Shown here: piece by piece, positions 7,780 to 16,828 of the stretch
Numbering within the stretch: the stretch's first letter is position 1
Layout of the letters: the number at the start of each line of letters is the position of its first letter
Notes under the pieces: model-generated
Told to the model about the DNA's origin: nothing
The model's database searches: none
What the model saw: the letters and a program-made list of their open reading frames with translations, nothing else
Translations under genes and position numbers: made by a program
Assembly: GCA_963843975.1 (NCBI GenBank)
Contig: CAWJMG010000003.1
Location: forward strand, 1,560,001-1,592,000
DNA length: 32,000 nucleotides
Source: an uncultured Actinomycetes bacterium
Lineage (GTDB): Bacteria > Actinomycetota > Actinomycetes > S36-B12 > CAIYMF01
Direction of reading: 5' to 3'

Positions 7780-10154
7780 CCGAGACCGTCGAGCGCACGG
7801 ACGGAGCGGCGATCGGCCGCTCGGACCGCCGCAAGGAGGACGGCCGGCTCCTGACCGGCCGCACCAACTGGACCGACAACATCCAGCTCCCGGGCACGCT
7901 GCACATGGCGACGCTCCGCAGCTCGGTCGCGCACGCGCGCATCACGCGGATCGACACGAGCGCAGCCCAGGCAGCCGAGGGCGTCTTCGCCGTCTACACC
8001 GGCGCGGACTTCCCCGACCTGCTCGGCACCACGTGCGTCTGGCCGGTGACCGACGACATCAAGACCGCGACGATGCCGGCCATCTGCAGCGACAAGGTGA
8101 ACTTCGCGGGCGACGTCGTCGCCATCGTGCTGGCCACCGAGAAGTACCTCGCCGTGGACGCCCTCGACCTGATCGACGTCGACTACGAGCCGCTCCCCGC
8201 GGTCGTCGACATGGAGAAGGCGCTCGAGGCCGGCTCGACGAACGTGCACGAGGACTTCGGCACCAACCAGTGCTTCACGATGAACGTCCCGTGGGGCGAC
8301 TACGCCGCGGCCAAGGCCAAGGCCGACCTCGTGGTGACCCGCCGCTTCATCAACCAGCGCCTCATCCCCAACCCGATGGAGCCGCGCTCGGTCGTGGCCG
8401 CGCCGATGGGCATGAGCGACGAGATCACCATCTGGACCTCGACGCAGATCCCCCACGTCCTTCGCGTGCTCCTGGCGCTGCTCACGGGCATCAACGAGAA
8501 CAACCTCCGCGTCGTCGCCCCCGACGTCGGCGGCGGCTTCGGCGCCAAGCTGCAGATCAACCGCGAGGAGGTCCTCTCGGTCGTCCTCGCCAAGAAGCTC
8601 GGTCGCCCGATCAAGTGGACCGAGGGCCGCAGCGAGCACTTCGTCTCGACCCACCACGGCCGTGACCAGATCCAGGACATCGAGATCGCGGCCACGTCCG
8701 ACGGCACGATCCTCGGGCTCAAGGTCGACCTCAAGGCCGACATGGGCGCCTACCTGCAGATCATCACGCCGGGCACGCCGCTCCTCGGCATGTTCATGTA
8801 CTCCGGCATCTACAAGATGGACGCGCTCGACTTCACCTGCACCGGCGTCTACACCAACAAGACGCCGACCGACGCCTACCGCGGCGCCGGGCGTCCGGAG
8901 GCGACGTACGCCATCGAGCGCATCGTCGACGAGCTGGCCAACGAGCTCGGCATGGAGCCCCTCGAGCTGCGCAAGAAGAACTGGATCAAGCACGAGGAGT
9001 TCCCGTACACGCAGATCGAGGGACTCACGTACGACACGGGCAACTACGAGGCCGCCACCGCGCGCGCCGTCGAGCTGTTCGGGTACGACGAGCTCCGCGC
9101 CGAGCAGGCCGCACGCCGCGCCAGCGGCGACAAGGTGCAGCTGGGCATCGGCATCTCGACGTTCACCGAGATGTGCGGCCTCGCGCCGTCGCGGACCCTG
9201 GGCGCTCTCAAGTACGCCGCCGGCGGCTGGGAGCACTGCACGATCCGCGTGACGCCGACCGGCAAGGTCGAGCTCATCACCGGCACCTCGCCCCACGGCC
9301 AGGGCCACGAGACGGCGTGGAGCCAGATCGCCAGCGACATCATCGGCATCCCCGTCGAGGACATCGAGGTCGTGCACGGCGACACCGGTCGCGCGCCCTA
9401 CGGCATGGACACCTACGGCTCGCGCTCGCTCGCGGTCGGCGGCCAGGCCATCAAGGCGGCGGGCGAGCGGGTCGTGGAGAAGGCACGGCTCATGGCCGCG
9501 CACCAGCTCGAGGTCAGCCCCGACGACATCGAGTTCTCCCACGGCACCTTCTCGGTGAAGGGCGACCCGGAGAAGAACACCACCATCCAGGCCGTCGCGT
9601 GGGCGTCGTTCACCGCCCACAACATCCCCGACGACATGGAGCCGATGCTCTCGGGCGAGTCGACCGTCGACCCGCAGGACTTCTCGTACCCCCACGGCAC
9701 CCACCTCGCGGCCATGGAGGTCGACACCGAGACCGGCATGGTGACCCTGCGCAAGTACGTCGCGGTCGACGACTGCGGCGTGCAGATCAACCCGATGATC
9801 GTCGAGGGCCAGGTGCACGGCGGGCTCGCCCAGGGCATCGCGCAGGCGATGTTCGAGGGTGCGCTGTACGACGCCGACGGCAACCTGCTCACCGGCTCGA
9901 TGGGCGACTACCTGCTGCCGAGCGCGGCGGACCTCCCGTCGTTCATCACCGATCGCACGGTCACACCGTCCACGACACATCCGTTGGGCACCAAGGGGAT
10001 CGGCGAGGCCGGCGCGATCGCGTCGACCCCGGCGATCATCAACGGCGTGGTCGACGCGCTGCGCCCGCTCGGCGTCAACGACGTCTTCATGCCCGCCAGC
10101 CCGCAGAACGTGTGGCGCGCCATCCAGGCGGCGCAGAACGGAGGTGCCGCGTGA
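7776..10154 (+). CDS. Molybdopterin-binding large subunit, form II CoxL-like (AYRGAGR type)
   Basis: ATG at 7776 overlaps the small-subunit stop (ATGA); 792 aa. It carries [10 protein letters not shown] and the active-site loop [19 protein letters not shown]. The AYRGAGR signature marks the form II / putative CODH clade rather than true Mo-Cu CODH. Confidence 0.92.
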   Translation: MTETVERTDGAAIGRSDRRKEDGRLLTGRTNWTDNIQLPGTLHMATLRSSVAHARITRIDTSAAQAAEGVFAVYTGADFPDLLGTTCVWPVTDDIKTATMPAICSDKVNFAGDVVAIVLATEKYLAVDALDLIDVDYEPLPAVVDMEKALEAGSTNVHEDFGTNQCFTMNVPWGDYAAAKAKADLVVTRRFINQRLIPNPMEPRSVVAAPMGMSDEITIWTSTQIPHVLRVLLALLTGINENNLRVVAPDVGGGFGAKLQINREEVLSVVLAKKLGRPIKWTEGRSEHFVSTHHGRDQIQDIEIAATSDGTILGLKVDLKADMGAYLQIITPGTPLLGMFMYSGIYKMDALDFTCTGVYTNKTPTDAYRGAGRPEATYAIERIVDELANELGMEPLELRKKNWIKHEEFPYTQIEGLTYDTGNYEAATARAVELFGYDELRAEQAARRASGDKVQLGIGISTFTEMCGLAPSRTLGALKYAAGGWEHCTIRVTPTGKVELITGTSPHGQGHETAWSQIASDIIGIPVEDIEVVHGDTGRAPYGMDTYGSRSLAVGGQAIKAAGERVVEKARLMAAHQLEVSPDDIEFSHGTFSVKGDPEKNTTIQAVAWASFTAHNIPDDMEPMLSGESTVDPQDFSYPHGTHLAAMEVDTETGMVTLRKYVAVDDCGVQINPMIVEGQVHGGLAQGIAQAMFEGALYDADGNLLTGSMGDYLLPSAADLPSFITDRTVTPSTTHPLGTKGIGEAGAIASTPAIINGVVDALRPLGVNDVFMPASPQNVWRAIQAAQNGGAA

Positions 10155-11005
10155 TCCCCTCGGCGTTCGACTATGTGAAGGCGACGACGGTCGACGAGGC
10201 CGTGGCCGCGCTGGCCGAGGCCGGCGACGACGCGAAGGTGCTCGGCGGCGGTCAGTCGCTGCTGCCCGTGCTCCGGCTGCGGATGAACGCTCCGACCGTC
10301 CTCGTCGACGTCAGCGGCATCGACGAGATGCGCTCCGTCGCAGACGAGGGCGGCTCGCTCCTCATCGGTGCTGCGGTCACGACGTACGAGGTGATGAACC
10401 ACGCCGGTATCAAGGCGTCGGTGCCTCTCCTCGCGCAGACCGCGGGCCTCGTGGCCGACCCGGCCATCCGGCACCGCGGCACGTTCGGCGGCTCGTGCAC
10501 CCACGCCGACCCCGCGGGCGACATGCCCACGGTGGCGCGGGCGCTCGACGCCGAGTTCGTGATCGCAGGCCCCGGCGGCCGACGCACGGTCGGTGCCGCG
10601 GACTTCTTCGTCGACTACTTCACGACGGCCGTCGGGCCGGACGAGGTGCTCGTCGGCGTGCGCGCCCCCAAGCTCGACGGCTGGGGCGCGCACTACGAGA
10701 AGTTCCACCGCACCGCCCAGGCATGGGCGATCGTCGGAGTGGCGGCGGCGGTGAAGGTCGACGGCGGCAGCATCACCGGCGCACGCATCGCCCTCACCAA
10801 CGTCGGCCCGACTCCGGTCCGCGCGTCGTCGGTGGAGGCCGCGCTCGTCGGCGGTCCCGCCACGGTCGACGCGATCACCGCGGCCGCGCAGAACGCGGCC
10901 GACGGCACGTCCCCGACGAGCGACACGCACGCCGCGGCCGACTTCCGTACCCACCTCGCCAAGGTCCTCACCGGCCGCGCGGTGGCGAAGGCGGCCGGCC
11001 TCTAG
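10151..11005 (+). CDS. FAD-binding medium subunit of the form II-type molybdoenzyme
   Basis: GTG at 10151 overlaps the large-subunit stop (GTGA); 284 aa. It has FDYVKATTVDEAVAAL...GGGQSLLPVLRLR, the FAD-binding PCMH-type pattern, and a CO-dehydrogenase flavoprotein C-terminal region. Confidence 0.9.
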   Translation: MIPSAFDYVKATTVDEAVAALAEAGDDAKVLGGGQSLLPVLRLRMNAPTVLVDVSGIDEMRSVADEGGSLLIGAAVTTYEVMNHAGIKASVPLLAQTAGLVADPAIRHRGTFGGSCTHADPAGDMPTVARALDAEFVIAGPGGRRTVGAADFFVDYFTTAVGPDEVLVGVRAPKLDGWGAHYEKFHRTAQAWAIVGVAAAVKVDGGSITGARIALTNVGPTPVRASSVEAALVGGPATVDAITAAAQNAADGTSPTSDTHAAADFRTHLAKVLTGRAVAKAAGL

Positions 11006-11025
11006 CCCGTCCGGCACCTCCAGCA

Positions 11026-11058
11026 GAACGGCCCCCGTCCTCCCGGCGGGGGCCGTTC
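11026..11058. terminator. Bidirectional hairpin terminator between the convergent form II operon and modC
   Basis: GAACGGCCCCCG (11026-11037) and CGGGGGCCGTTC (11047-11058) are perfect 12-nt inverted repeats with a 9-nt loop. They lie in the 71-bp gap between the two stops. Confidence 0.65.
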
Positions 11059-11076
11059 CGCGTGCGGGGGACGTGA

Positions 11077-12138
11077 TCAGGCGGGGTAGACGTCGAGCTC
11101 GGTGGCCTTGGCGCTGAGCCAGACCTCGGTGCCGCGCGCGAGGGCGAGGTCGGCGACCGCTCCGGGCGTGACGTCGACGATGACCGTGGGCTCGCCTGCG
11201 ACGGTCAGGCGCACTCGGTCGCCGATCGGCTCCACGCCGTCGACGACACCGCTCCACACGTTGCGCGCGCTGCCCTCCGGTCTGGCGGCGTGCAGGCTGA
11301 TCGCACTCGGCCGTACGGCGACGAGCACCGCCCCGGTGTGCGCGTCGTCGTCCGCCACGTGGAGCACTCCGCCGCCGTGGAGCGCCACCTCGCCGCCGTG
11401 GGCGTCGCCGCGCAGCAGGTTGATCCCGAGGAGCCGTGCCACGTAGCGCGTGGCAGGTCGCCGGGTGACCTCCCACGGCGCACCCTGCTGGGTCACCGCA
11501 CCGTCCTCGAGCACCACGATGCGGTCGGCGAGCACGAGCGCGTCGAGCGGGTCGTGCGTGACCAGCAGCGTCGGGCCGCCGAAATCGGCGAGGTGCTCGC
11601 GCAGCCAGGCGCGGACGTCGAGCCTCGTGCCTGCATCGAGGGCGGCCAGGGGCTCGTCGAGCAGCAGCGCCACCGGGTCCGACGCCAGCGCGCGCCCGAG
11701 GGCGACCCGCTGGGCCTGGCCGCCGCTGAGCGTGGCGGGTCGGCGGTCGGCGTACTCCGACAGCCCGAGGCGTGCCACCCACTCCTCTGCCTGACGGCGC
11801 GACTCGGGCTTGGACGCTCCGGCGGACCGTGGTCCGAAGGCGACGTTGTCGAGCACCGAGAGGTGGGGGAAGAGCCGATAGTCCTGGAACACCAGTCCGA
11901 TCCGGCGATCAGCGGGTTCGACGAGCAGGTCTGCTGCCGGGTCGTCGACGACCCGGTCGCCGATCGTCAGCCGGCCCGCGGTCATCGGTGAGAGGCCGCA
12001 CACCGCGCGCAGCAGCGTCGACTTCCCGGCGCCGTTGGGGCCGAGCACGGCGACGACCTCGCCCGGCGCGAGCGCCAGCTCGACGTCGAGCCGGAAGCCG
12101 CCCTGCTCGACGACGACGTGCCCCGCGAGCCCGGTCAT
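11077..12138 (-). CDS. modC: Molybdate ABC transporter ATP-binding protein
   Basis: ATG at 12138 overlaps the modB stop (ATGA); 353 aa. It has Walker A GPNGAGKST, signature LSGGQAQR and Walker B LLLDEP, plus a C-terminal TOBE-like domain. Its position after modA-modB supports the call. The 636-aa track ORF is over-extended. Confidence 0.9.
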   Translation of the reverse strand: MTGLAGHVVVEQGGFRLDVELALAPGEVVAVLGPNGAGKSTLLRAVCGLSPMTAGRLTIGDRVVDDPAADLLVEPADRRIGLVFQDYRLFPHLSVLDNVAFGPRSAGASKPESRRQAEEWVARLGLSEYADRRPATLSGGQAQRVALGRALASDPVALLLDEPLAALDAGTRLDVRAWLREHLADFGGPTLLVTHDPLDALVLADRIVVLEDGAVTQQGAPWEVTRRPATRYVARLLGINLLRGDAHGGEVALHGGGVLHVADDDAHTGAVLVAVRPSAISLHAARPEGSARNVWSGVVDGVEPIGDRVRLTVAGEPTVIVDVTPGAVADLALARGTEVWLSAKATELDVYPA

Positions 12139-12947
12139 GCCGAGGCCCCGGTGCGGAGCCAGCGGTCGCGGAGGCCGACAAGCACGAGAACGGACACGGC
12201 GAGCAGGACGAGGCTCAGCACGACAGCCTCTGCCGGGTCGCCCTCGAGCCCGGTGTAGACCGCGAGCGGCAGCGTCTGCGTGACGCCCTCGAGGTTGCCG
12301 GCGAAGGTGATGGTGGCGCCGAACTCGCCGAGCGCACGCGCGAACGTGAGCACGGCGCCCGCGACGAGCGACGGACCGACCAGCGGGAGCGTGACGCGGC
12401 GGAACACCTCGATCCGACTGGCGCCCAACGTGATCGCAGCCTCCTCGAGCCTGCCGTCCAGGCCGCGCAGCGCCCCCTCCACGGTGATGACCAGGAACGG
12501 CATCGCGACGAACACCTGCGCGACCACGACTCCGGGCGTCGTGAACGGGAGCGTGATACCCGTCAGCGCCTCGAGCGGCTGGCCCACGATGCCGCGACGC
12601 CCGAACGCCAGCAGCAGCGCGATGCCGCCGACGACGGGAGGAAGCACGAGGGGCACGGTGACGAGGGCGCGGGCGACGCGACGCCCGGGGAACGTGGCGC
12701 GCGCGAGCAGCCACGCGAGCGGCACGCCGAGGATGACGGCGACGACCGTCGACGCGGCGCCCGTGAGGAGGGACAGGCGCAGCGCCGACAGCGACGTCGG
12801 CGAGGTGAGCACCTCCCAGAACCTGCTCCACGGCGCCCGGATCAGGAGTCCGACGAGCGGCAGCGCGAGGAACAGGACCGCGAGCGCCGCGGGGACGAGG
12901 ACGGGCCAGGGAGGCGCCGTCGACGACCGCCCGCGACGCGACGTCAC
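12135..12947 (-). CDS. modB: Molybdate ABC transporter permease
   Basis: GTG at 12947 overlaps the modA stop; 270 aa. It is a multi-span membrane protein with the ABC permease EAA-type loop LEEAAITLGASRIEVFRRVTLP. Confidence 0.9.
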   Translation of the reverse strand: MTSRRGRSSTAPPWPVLVPAALAVLFLALPLVGLLIRAPWSRFWEVLTSPTSLSALRLSLLTGAASTVVAVILGVPLAWLLARATFPGRRVARALVTVPLVLPPVVGGIALLLAFGRRGIVGQPLEALTGITLPFTTPGVVVAQVFVAMPFLVITVEGALRGLDGRLEEAAITLGASRIEVFRRVTLPLVGPSLVAGAVLTFARALGEFGATITFAGNLEGVTQTLPLAVYTGLEGDPAEAVVLSLVLLAVSVLVLVGLRDRWLRTGASA

Positions 12948-13726
12948 GGCGCCGTGAACCCGGCCTCGAGCAGCACGGTCCGCGCATCGGCCGACAGGAC
13001 GTAGGCCACGAACGCCTGCGCCGTCACCGGGTTGGCGCTGGTCGACAGCGTGGCGATCGGGTAGCTGGTCAGCACGTTCTGGTCGACCGGGATGTCGATG
13101 CCCACGACGGCGTCGCCCGCGGCCTTCAGGTCGGTCACGTAGACGACGCCGGCATCGACCTCCCCGAGCTGCACCTTGCTGAGCACCGACTTCACGTCGA
13201 CCTCGCGCGTCACCGGGGTCACGGTGAGCCTGTTGTTCTCGAACAGCGCGTCTGCGGCCGTGCCGCAGGGGACGTCGGCCGCGCAGACCGCCACCTTGAC
13301 GGCAGGGTTCGCGAGATCCGCGAGCGACGACACGGTCGTGGTCGGGTCCTTCGGCGTCGCGATGGCCATCGTGTTGATCGCGAAGACGGTGGAGGTCGGC
13401 GCGAGGCCCGCCTGGACGACGGTGTCCATGGTCTTCTGGCTGGCGCTGGCGAAGACGTCAGCCGGAGCCTTCTCGGTGATCTGGGTGGCGAGCCCGCTGC
13501 TCGGGCCGAAGCTGAAGGTGATCGTCGTGCCCGGGTTCGCCGCTTCGAACTGCTGCCCGAGGGTCGTGAAGGACTCCTTCAGCGAGGCCGCCGCGAACAC
13601 GGTGATGCTGCCGGACACCGAGGACGAGGCACCGCCCGTCGTCGTCCCGGAGGACGCGGACCCGCATGCCGACAGCGACACGGCAACGACCGCGAGAGCA
13701 GCCGTCGTGAAGATGCGAGCGCGCAT
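12944..13726 (-). CDS. modA: Molybdate-binding lipoprotein (periplasmic-type binding protein)
   Basis: ATG at 13726 has AGGAGG upstream; 260 aa. The lipobox is AVVAVSLSAC. The ModA-like segment is ITVFAAASLKESFTTLGQQFE. Confidence 0.88.
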   Translation of the reverse strand: MRARIFTTAALAVVAVSLSACGSASSGTTTGGASSSVSGSITVFAAASLKESFTTLGQQFEAANPGTTITFSFGPSSGLATQITEKAPADVFASASQKTMDTVVQAGLAPTSTVFAINTMAIATPKDPTTTVSSLADLANPAVKVAVCAADVPCGTAADALFENNRLTVTPVTREVDVKSVLSKVQLGEVDAGVVYVTDLKAAGDAVVGIDIPVDQNVLTSYPIATLSTSANPVTAQAFVAYVLSADARTVLLEAGFTAP

Positions 13727-13773
13727 GGACGTGCCTCCTGGTTCCAAGGTCCGCGCGGGCGGGGCGTGGCGGG

Positions 13774-14181
13774 TCAGCGGTGGTCGGGGATCTCGATGCC
13801 GACGTTGGTGGACTTCACCGTGGCGACAGCGAGCACACCCGGCTCGAGCCCGAGCTCGTCGGCAGCCTCGCGGCTCATGAGCGACACCACGCGGTGCGGC
13901 CCGACCTGCAGCTCGACCTGGGCCATCACGGTGTCGCGTACGACGCGGGTGACGATGCCGGTGAGCCGGTTGCGCGCCGAGGCGCTCACGACCGGGCTCT
14001 CGCGGGCGGGGTCGTCCGGCGCGCGCTCGGCCATGAAGCGCGCGACCTCGGTGCCCTCGACCACCGCGCGGCCGGTCTCGTCCGTGCTCGTGGCGAGCCG
14101 GCCGGAGTCGGCCCAGCGCCGCACGGTGTCGTCGCTCACCTGCAGCAGGTTGGCGACCTCGCTGATCCGCAGCTTCGTCAT
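13774..14181 (-). CDS. Molybdate-responsive regulator candidate: MerR/excisionase-type HTH fused to a TOBE (Mop) domain
   Basis: The N-terminal HTH is MTKLRISEVANLLQVSDDTVRRWADSGRL. The C-terminal TOBE-like segment is NRLTGIVTRVVRDTVMAQVELQVGPHRVVSLMSREAADELGLEPGVLAVATVKSTNV. The gene lies directly upstream of modABC. The start is uncertain: ATG 14181 gives 135 aa, the track start 14220 gives 148 aa, and neither has a clear SD. Confidence 0.78.
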   Translation of the reverse strand: MTKLRISEVANLLQVSDDTVRRWADSGRLATSTDETGRAVVEGTEVARFMAERAPDDPARESPVVSASARNRLTGIVTRVVRDTVMAQVELQVGPHRVVSLMSREAADELGLEPGVLAVATVKSTNVGIEIPDHR

Positions 14182-14265
14182 GGAGGTGAGGGTATGGCTC
14201 AGGTACGGATCGCGCAGCATGTTCGTCCCGCAGATGCGGAAGTCGTGAGGCTGGCTGTCCCGCGA

Positions 14266-14808
14266 TCAGGCCGGGCGGACGTCCAGGTCGTCCCCGCTCG
14301 CGACGTCGCCCACCTCGACCAGGGCCACCGTGCGCTCGGCCAGGTAGGCACGTGCGCCCCGGTCGCCCGTCGCCGTCCCGGACACGCCCTCCCAGTGGGA
14401 GCGCCCCAGCAGCACAGGGTGGCCGCGCTCTCCGTCGTACGTCGCCTGCCCGAGATCGGCGTCGAGGCCGACGAGCCGCGCGACCGCCTCGGCCGTCAGG
14501 CCCGGAAGGTCGACCAGCGTCACCACGACCCGCTCGGCCTCGGTGCCCACGAGCGTGTCGAGCCCGAGGCGCAGCGACGACCCCATCCCCGTGCCCCAGT
14601 CGTCGTTCACGACCGTGATGTCGGCGTCGTCGACGCGGCCGACCCAGGCGCCGAGCACGACCACGACGGGCTCGCAGCCGGCGTCGCGCAGCACGTGCAC
14701 GGCGCGGTCGACCAGGCGCTCGCCGTCCAGCACGTACGGCGCCTTGGGCCCGCCGAACCGACGTCCCTCGCCGGCCGCGAGCACCAGCCCGGCGGTGGCC
14801 GGGATCAA
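14266..14808 (-). CDS. MobA/MocA-like nucleotidyltransferase (molybdenum cofactor cytidylyl/guanylyl-transferase family)
   Basis: 180 aa. The N-terminal LVLAAGEGRRFGGPK matches the NTP-transferase motif of MobA/MocA-type enzymes. Its start overlaps the xdhC-like stop, so the two genes are translationally coupled. Confidence 0.78.
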   Translation of the reverse strand: MIPATAGLVLAAGEGRRFGGPKAPYVLDGERLVDRAVHVLRDAGCEPVVVVLGAWVGRVDDADITVVNDDWGTGMGSSLRLGLDTLVGTEAERVVVTLVDLPGLTAEAVARLVGLDADLGQATYDGERGHPVLLGRSHWEGVSGTATGDRGARAYLAERTVALVEVGDVASGDDLDVRPA

Positions 14809-15911
14809 CGCGGGGCGCCGGCGTGGATCGGCCCGTCGGAGTTGACCAGCTTCTTTCCGGTGCCGCCCCAGCGCAGCTGGACGATCTCGGCGGCGATCGA
14901 GATCGCTGTCTCCTCAGGCGTTCTCGCGCCGAGGTCGAGGCCGATCGGCGAATGGATGCGCTCGATCTCCTCGTCGGTGAGACCTGCCTCCTTGAGGCGG
15001 ACGAGCCGGTCCTCGTGGGTGCGCCGAGACCCCATCGCGCCGATGTAGGCGGCGCGGGTGGACACGGCCTCCTTGAGCGCCGGTACGTCGAACTTCGGGT
15101 CGTGCGTCAGAACGCAGATCACCGCGCGCGAGTCGACCTGCTGCGAGGCGAGCCAGCGGTGCGGCCAGTCGACGACGACCTCGTCGGCGTCGGGGAATCG
15201 CTTCTTCGTCGCGAACACCTCGCGGGCGTCGACGACGGTCACGTGGAAGCCGAGCAGCTTCCCTGCGCGGCAGAGAGCGGCGGAGAAGTCGACCGCGCCG
15301 AAGATCGCCATGCGCGGAGCCGGGGCGAACGAGGCCACGAACACCTCGAGCCCCTCCCCCAGCCGCTCGCCCTCGGGGCCATACCGCAGGAACCCGGTAC
15401 TGCCGGACTCGAGCATCCCGAGCACATCCGAGCCGACGGTGTCGTCGAGACGCGACGTACCCAACGATCCCTCGATCCCGTTCTCCCGCACCACGATGTG
15501 GCGCCCGACGTGGTCGGCGCCCTTCACCACGGTGGCCACCGCGACGAGCTCTCCGGCGTCGATGGAGGCCGCGATGCCGCGCAGCTCGGGCCAGGTCTGC
15601 GGATCGACCTTCTCGACGAACACCTCGAGGATGCCGCCGCACGTGAGGCCGACCGCGAACGCGTCGCCGTCGCTGATGCCGTACGTCTCGTACCGGCTGA
15701 CGCCGTCCTCGAGCACCTCGGTGCCGAGCGTGTAGAGCGCGCCCTCGACGCAGCCGCCGCTCACCGAGCCCACCGCCTCGCCGCCCGGCGTCACGAGCAT
15801 CGAGGCGCCCGCAGGCCGCGGCGCCGAGCGCCACGTGCGGACGACGGTGGCCATGGCCACCGGCTCACCGCGGTCGGCGGCGGCTATCAGTGCGGGAAGG
15901 ACCTCGCGCAC
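14805..15911 (-). CDS. XdhC/CoxI-family molybdoenzyme maturation factor
   Basis: The N-terminal XdhC domain is ATVVRTWRSAPRPAGASMLVTPGGEAVGSVSGGCVEGAL. The C-terminal Rossmann-like part is MAIFGAVDFSAALCRAGKLLGFHVTVVD. I prefer GTG at 15911 because GAGGAG lies 5 nt upstream. The track start at 15935 is also possible. Confidence 0.85.
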   Translation of the reverse strand: MREVLPALIAAADRGEPVAMATVVRTWRSAPRPAGASMLVTPGGEAVGSVSGGCVEGALYTLGTEVLEDGVSRYETYGISDGDAFAVGLTCGGILEVFVEKVDPQTWPELRGIAASIDAGELVAVATVVKGADHVGRHIVVRENGIEGSLGTSRLDDTVGSDVLGMLESGSTGFLRYGPEGERLGEGLEVFVASFAPAPRMAIFGAVDFSAALCRAGKLLGFHVTVVDAREVFATKKRFPDADEVVVDWPHRWLASQQVDSRAVICVLTHDPKFDVPALKEAVSTRAAYIGAMGSRRTHEDRLVRLKEAGLTDEEIERIHSPIGLDLGARTPEETAISIAAEIVQLRWGGTGKKLVNSDGPIHAGAPR

Positions 15912-16005
15912 GGCAACTCCTCGGGATGCGCCCACTGGGGTGAGGACGTGACAGACCTTGCACCATCAGCGGCGCACGTGCCCGTCGTCGTCCATGATGA
16001 CCGCC

Positions 16006-16428
16006 ATGGCAAGAGTGCTGCTCGCCGACGTCGTGACCGAGCCCATCCACGCGCGGGACGTCGCCGCCCTGGTGACCGGACCGGAGGCCGGCGCGGTCGT
16101 GACGTTCTCCGGCGACGTCCGCGACCACGACCACGGCCGTCACGTCGCAAGCCTCGAGTACGAGGGGCACCCCACCGCCGCCGCCGTCCTCGCCGAGTGC
16201 GCCGCCGAGATCGCCGCCAAGCACCCCGTGGTCGCCATCGCCGCCGTCCACCGCGTCGGCCCCCTCGCCATCGGCGACTCCGCGCTGGTCGCCGCCGTCG
16301 CCAGCGCCCACCGCGCCGAGGCCTTCGCCGCCTGCGCCGAGCTCGTCGACGTCATCAAGGAGCGACTCCCGGTCTGGAAGCACCAGGTCTTCGCCGACGG
16401 CACCGACGAATGGGTCAACTGCGCCTGA
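16006..16428 (+). CDS. moaE: Molybdopterin synthase catalytic subunit
   Basis: It has HRVGPLAIGDSALVAAVASAHRAEAFAACAELVDVIKERLPVWKHQVFADGTDEWV, the MoaE pattern. ATG 16006 (MARVLLADVVTEPI) fits the usual MoaE N-terminus. In-frame ATGs at 15994 and 15997 are alternatives. Confidence 0.88.
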   Translation: MARVLLADVVTEPIHARDVAALVTGPEAGAVVTFSGDVRDHDHGRHVASLEYEGHPTAAAVLAECAAEIAAKHPVVAIAAVHRVGPLAIGDSALVAAVASAHRAEAFAACAELVDVIKERLPVWKHQVFADGTDEWVNCA

Positions 16429-16465
16429 GCGCTCAGCGCGGGAGGCGCCGACTCGGGCAGGAACG

Positions 16466-16712
16466 CTGAGGAGGCGGCGTCGGCTTGGGCATGCGAATGC
16501 TCTGGCCCTTCCTTCGCAGGCACGACCCGACGCCGCCTCAGGCCTAGAGAGGCAGGAGGCGGCGGCGGGTCGGGCATGCGAATGCTCTGGCCCTTCCTTC
16601 GCAGGCACGACCCGCCGCCGCCTCAGGCCCCATCGAAGCAGGAGGCGGCGGGGGGTCGGGCATGCGAATGCTCTGGCCCTTCCTTCGCTGGCGCGACCCG
16701 CCGCCGACTCCG
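16466..16712. repeat. Three tandem ~85-bp units, each an imperfect 27-nt-arm hairpin (REP/MIRU-like intergenic array)
   Basis: The arms begin at 16471, 16556 and 16642, giving periods of 85 and 86 bp. The shared core is GGGCATGCGAATGCTCTGGCCCTTCCTTCG. The arms GAGGCGGCG...TGCGAA / TTCGC...CGCCGCCTC pair at 23/27, 25/27 and 22/27 positions around the 15-nt loop TGCTCTGGCCCTTCC. Confidence 0.9.
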
Positions 16713-16828
16713 ACGGCCGATCCGGTCGCGTGACGACAGAGGGCATTTCGTCAGGTTCCGAACGACACCCTCCTGAGTGATGCATCAGCACCTCCGCGCG
16801 CCTACCGTCGAGGCAGGAGGTGGGAGCG

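Noticed and set aside
6636-9980. 1114-aa ORF on the minus strand
   Set aside because: It is antisense to the form II small and large subunit genes, which have unambiguous motifs. The translation is Arg/Gly/Asp/Val-rich with no motif. This is the typical stop-free shadow frame of very GC-rich DNA.
9908-12987. Long minus-strand ORFs (624 aa and the 5' extension of the 636-aa ORF) overlapping the form II medium subunit and modB
   Set aside because: Only the 3' 353 codons (11077-12138) carry ABC ATPase motifs. The remainder overlaps better-supported genes in other frames.
16466-16712. CRISPR array
   Set aside because: The segments between the conserved cores are themselves conserved between units, because they form the hairpin arms. 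There are therefore no unique spacers. There are only three units and no cas genes.
16491-16776. Small ORFs starting MRMLWPFLRRHDP in each repeat unit (including track ORF 16576-16776)
   Set aside because: They arise because the repeat core contains ATG. The unit period is not a multiple of 3, so the three copies end differently. The AGGAGG in each unit lies 16 nt from the ATG, which is poor SD spacing. The hairpin interpretation explains the conservation better.
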